Part shown: positions 62,783 through 64,000 of the stretch, piece after piece
Numbering within the stretch: the stretch's first letter is position 1
Layout: each line of letters opens with the position of its first letter
NCBI GenBank assembly: GCA_051294375.1
Contig: CM119270.1
Location: 20,920,477-20,984,476, forward strand
From: Paraspadella gotoi
Lineage: Eukaryota; Animalia; Chaetognatha
DNA: 64,000 nucleotides
Direction: 5' to 3'
Notes under the pieces: generated by a model
Seen by the model: the letters and a program-made list of their open reading frames with translations, nothing else
Told to the model about the DNA's origin: nothing
The model's database searches: none
Made by a program: the position numbers and the translations under genes

Positions 62783-63262
62783 GATATATTTATATATTTA
62801 TTAATTTAAAAAAAACAAATACGGAAATTCAAATTTGGAACCTTTACCTACAGACACTGTATTGTGATTATAAAAACATTAAAGAAGTCGAATTTGTGAG
62901 GACACAGTTAAAACACTTTTAAAACATACGGATAAATAGACTGACTTAATTAAAGTAAAGAATGTCATATTGAGAGTCAGACGGAGAAAAAGAAGGATAA
63001 TCATCAACTTTATAAAACTAGTAGAACGTAATACGTGACAAGGAATACAGAGTGATCCTTTAAAAGTCTTAATCCTCCACCCTGTACACACGTTTATCTT
63101 CTTTCAACAGATGAGACAAAGTTCACTGATTCCTAATCATCGAATATTTTCTTCCTTCTTTTTTTCTTTTTCTTTCTTTAATCCTTTTTATATCGAGATT
63201 TGCTCGGCCTCGGCCCGATCCGTGGCCAGGCGTGCCCGAACGGGCCATCGCCTGATTAAAAA

Positions 63263-63297
<35 letters not shown>

Positions 63298-64000
63298 NNN
63301 NNNNNNNNNNNNNNNNNNNNNNNNNNNNNNNNNNNNNNNNNNNNNNNNNNNNNNNNNNNNNNNNNNNNNNNNNNNNNNNNNNNNNNNNNNNNNNNNNNNN
63401 NNNNNNNNNNNNNNNNNNNNNNNNNNNNNNNNNNNNNNNNNTCTCTCTCTCTCTCTGTCGTCGCCTGATTTCATCTCCCATCGAGATTTTGACGAACGCG
63501 AAAATTTGAATGAGTTTGTGATAGAAATTCCTGGGGAAAGATTTGTGATACGGTGGGGCTGGAAAGAATTTAGGAGATTTGTGACAAAGTGACTTGATCG
63601 TTGAGGTTTGGAAAAAATATATTTGTGATAATTTTGATAAATGACACTGTGAGTTTTGAAATAATAAGTATAATAATAAAAACCTTCCTTATCAACCTAA
63701 TGAAATAAAACCTTTTCTTGATGACTAATTCTGATTTTACGTTTTATTAACCCAAATTTTTTTTTCCCGCGGATTCATTCGCGCGTAAACGCAGACTTTC
63801 ACACACTTTCTCACACTCCGCTCTCACACCGTTCCTCCAGTTCTCACAACACACAAAACACACAAACACACACAATAAAAAAAAATCCTGGAATTTTCTT
63901 TTCTCCTTTTTTTTTTCGCCGCCGATTTTTCTATTGTTCATCTTCTTTGAACTCGAAAGAGAATAGGAAATAAAGAGAGAAGAGTCTCTCTCTCTCTCTC

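Overview
AT-rich animal (invertebrate-like) genomic scaffold with many (AG)n/(GAC)n microsatellites and N gaps. Three spliced protein-coding genes can be reconstructed by hand. (1) The 3' end of a calsyntenin gene (+, 8339-10318; TM segment, NP motif, acidic tract, terminal LEWDDSTI). (2) A complete-looking 7-exon four-transmembrane MARVEL-like gene (+, 12639-16531). (3) A 3-exon Hes/hairy bHLH-Orange repressor (-, 59147-54861) that ends in WRPF instead of WRPW and has a TATA box and a cluster of CSL/Su(H) sites upstream. Mobile DNA includes two diverged copies of a short repeat carrying a minimal hammerhead-ribozyme core with covarying stem II, a 640-bp solo LTR, a Ty3/Gypsy (CsRn1-like) retrotransposon, several MITE/foldback elements, a G-rich (TTCGGAGGG)n satellite inside a TIR-bounded element and a dispersed SINE-like family. 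Much of 13.9-14.8 kb, 28.7-39.6 kb and 49.6-54.4 kb duplicates nearby sequence, often with dense indels. This most likely reflects haplotype or long-read gap-filling artefacts, but the copies expose presence/absence polymorphisms of transposons. Nearly all other ORFs in the track are low-complexity artefacts. All calls are by eye; no searches were run.
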